Shown: positions 63,774 to 64,000 of the stretch, piece after piece
Layout: each line of letters starts with the position of its first letter
Position numbering within the stretch: the stretch's first letter is position 1
Source of the DNA: an uncultured Haloferula sp.
GTDB taxonomy: Bacteria > Verrucomicrobiota > Verrucomicrobiia > Verrucomicrobiales > Akkermansiaceae
Direction of reading: 5' to 3'
Assembly: GCA_965652295.1 (NCBI GenBank)
Contig: CBFGTS010000014.1
Span: 1-64,000, forward strand
DNA: 64,000 nucleotides
The notes under the pieces: generated by a model
Seen by the model: only the letters and a program-made list of their open reading frames with translations
Told to the model about the DNA's origin: nothing
Databases searched by the model: none
Translations under genes and position numbers: made by a program

Positions 63774-63965
63774 TTGCGAGAAGAACGGCTCAAACGGGGC
63801 ATCAGTTTCAGAAAATTGGAGAGCCTTTGTGGAATCTCGCACGGGTATCTTGCGCTTGCCGGGCGTTCCGATGTGCAGCCAACGCTTCTTGTGATCCGGC
63901 AATGGACCAATGGCCTTGGCATCAGTTTGGAAGACGTCATCCAACGGGCACACCAAAATTCTTGA
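63774..63965 (+). CDS. XRE-family helix-turn-helix regulator
   Basis: LREERLKRGISFRKLESLCGISHGYL...QPTL...GLGISL; start uncertain, possibly degenerate. Confidence 0.65.
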   Translation: MREERLKRGISFRKLESLCGISHGYLALAGRSDVQPTLLVIRQWTNGLGISLEDVIQRAHQNS

Positions 63966-64000
63966 GATAATCAGTTTCCGCTCCGAGGGCAGTGCCTGAG

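Overview
GC-rich bacterial chromosome segment, probably Verrucomicrobiota of the Luteolibacter/Haloferula type (inferred from a PEP-CTERM protein, the MoxR-VWA operon, integron style and protein families). Family calls come from motif recognition only; no searches were run. The core region carries ligA, ppnP, lpdA, pckG, queF/queC, exbB/exbD, a Ski2-like helicase, a MoxR-DUF58-VWA operon, glycoside hydrolases and an aminotransferase. Accessory DNA lies at both ends. On the left is a secreted operon built around a catalytically dead transglutaminase-like protein, followed by a frameshifted DUF433/PIN toxin-antitoxin pair. On the right is a decayed integron (intI remnant, attI, three cassettes, attC sites hit by IS110/IS4/IS30 fragments) and a metallopeptidase toxin-like gene with tandem paralogous partners. 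Two observations stand out. (1) A ~1 kb ORF-free, hairpin-dense minus-strand unit (~13521 to 12536) has a candidate promoter, a boxB/boxA-like leader and tandem terminators, and is a candidate large structured ncRNA. (2) The NAD-dependent DNA ligase has a ~234-aa in-frame insertion in its adenylation domain containing a polyvalent-protein-type kinase domain.
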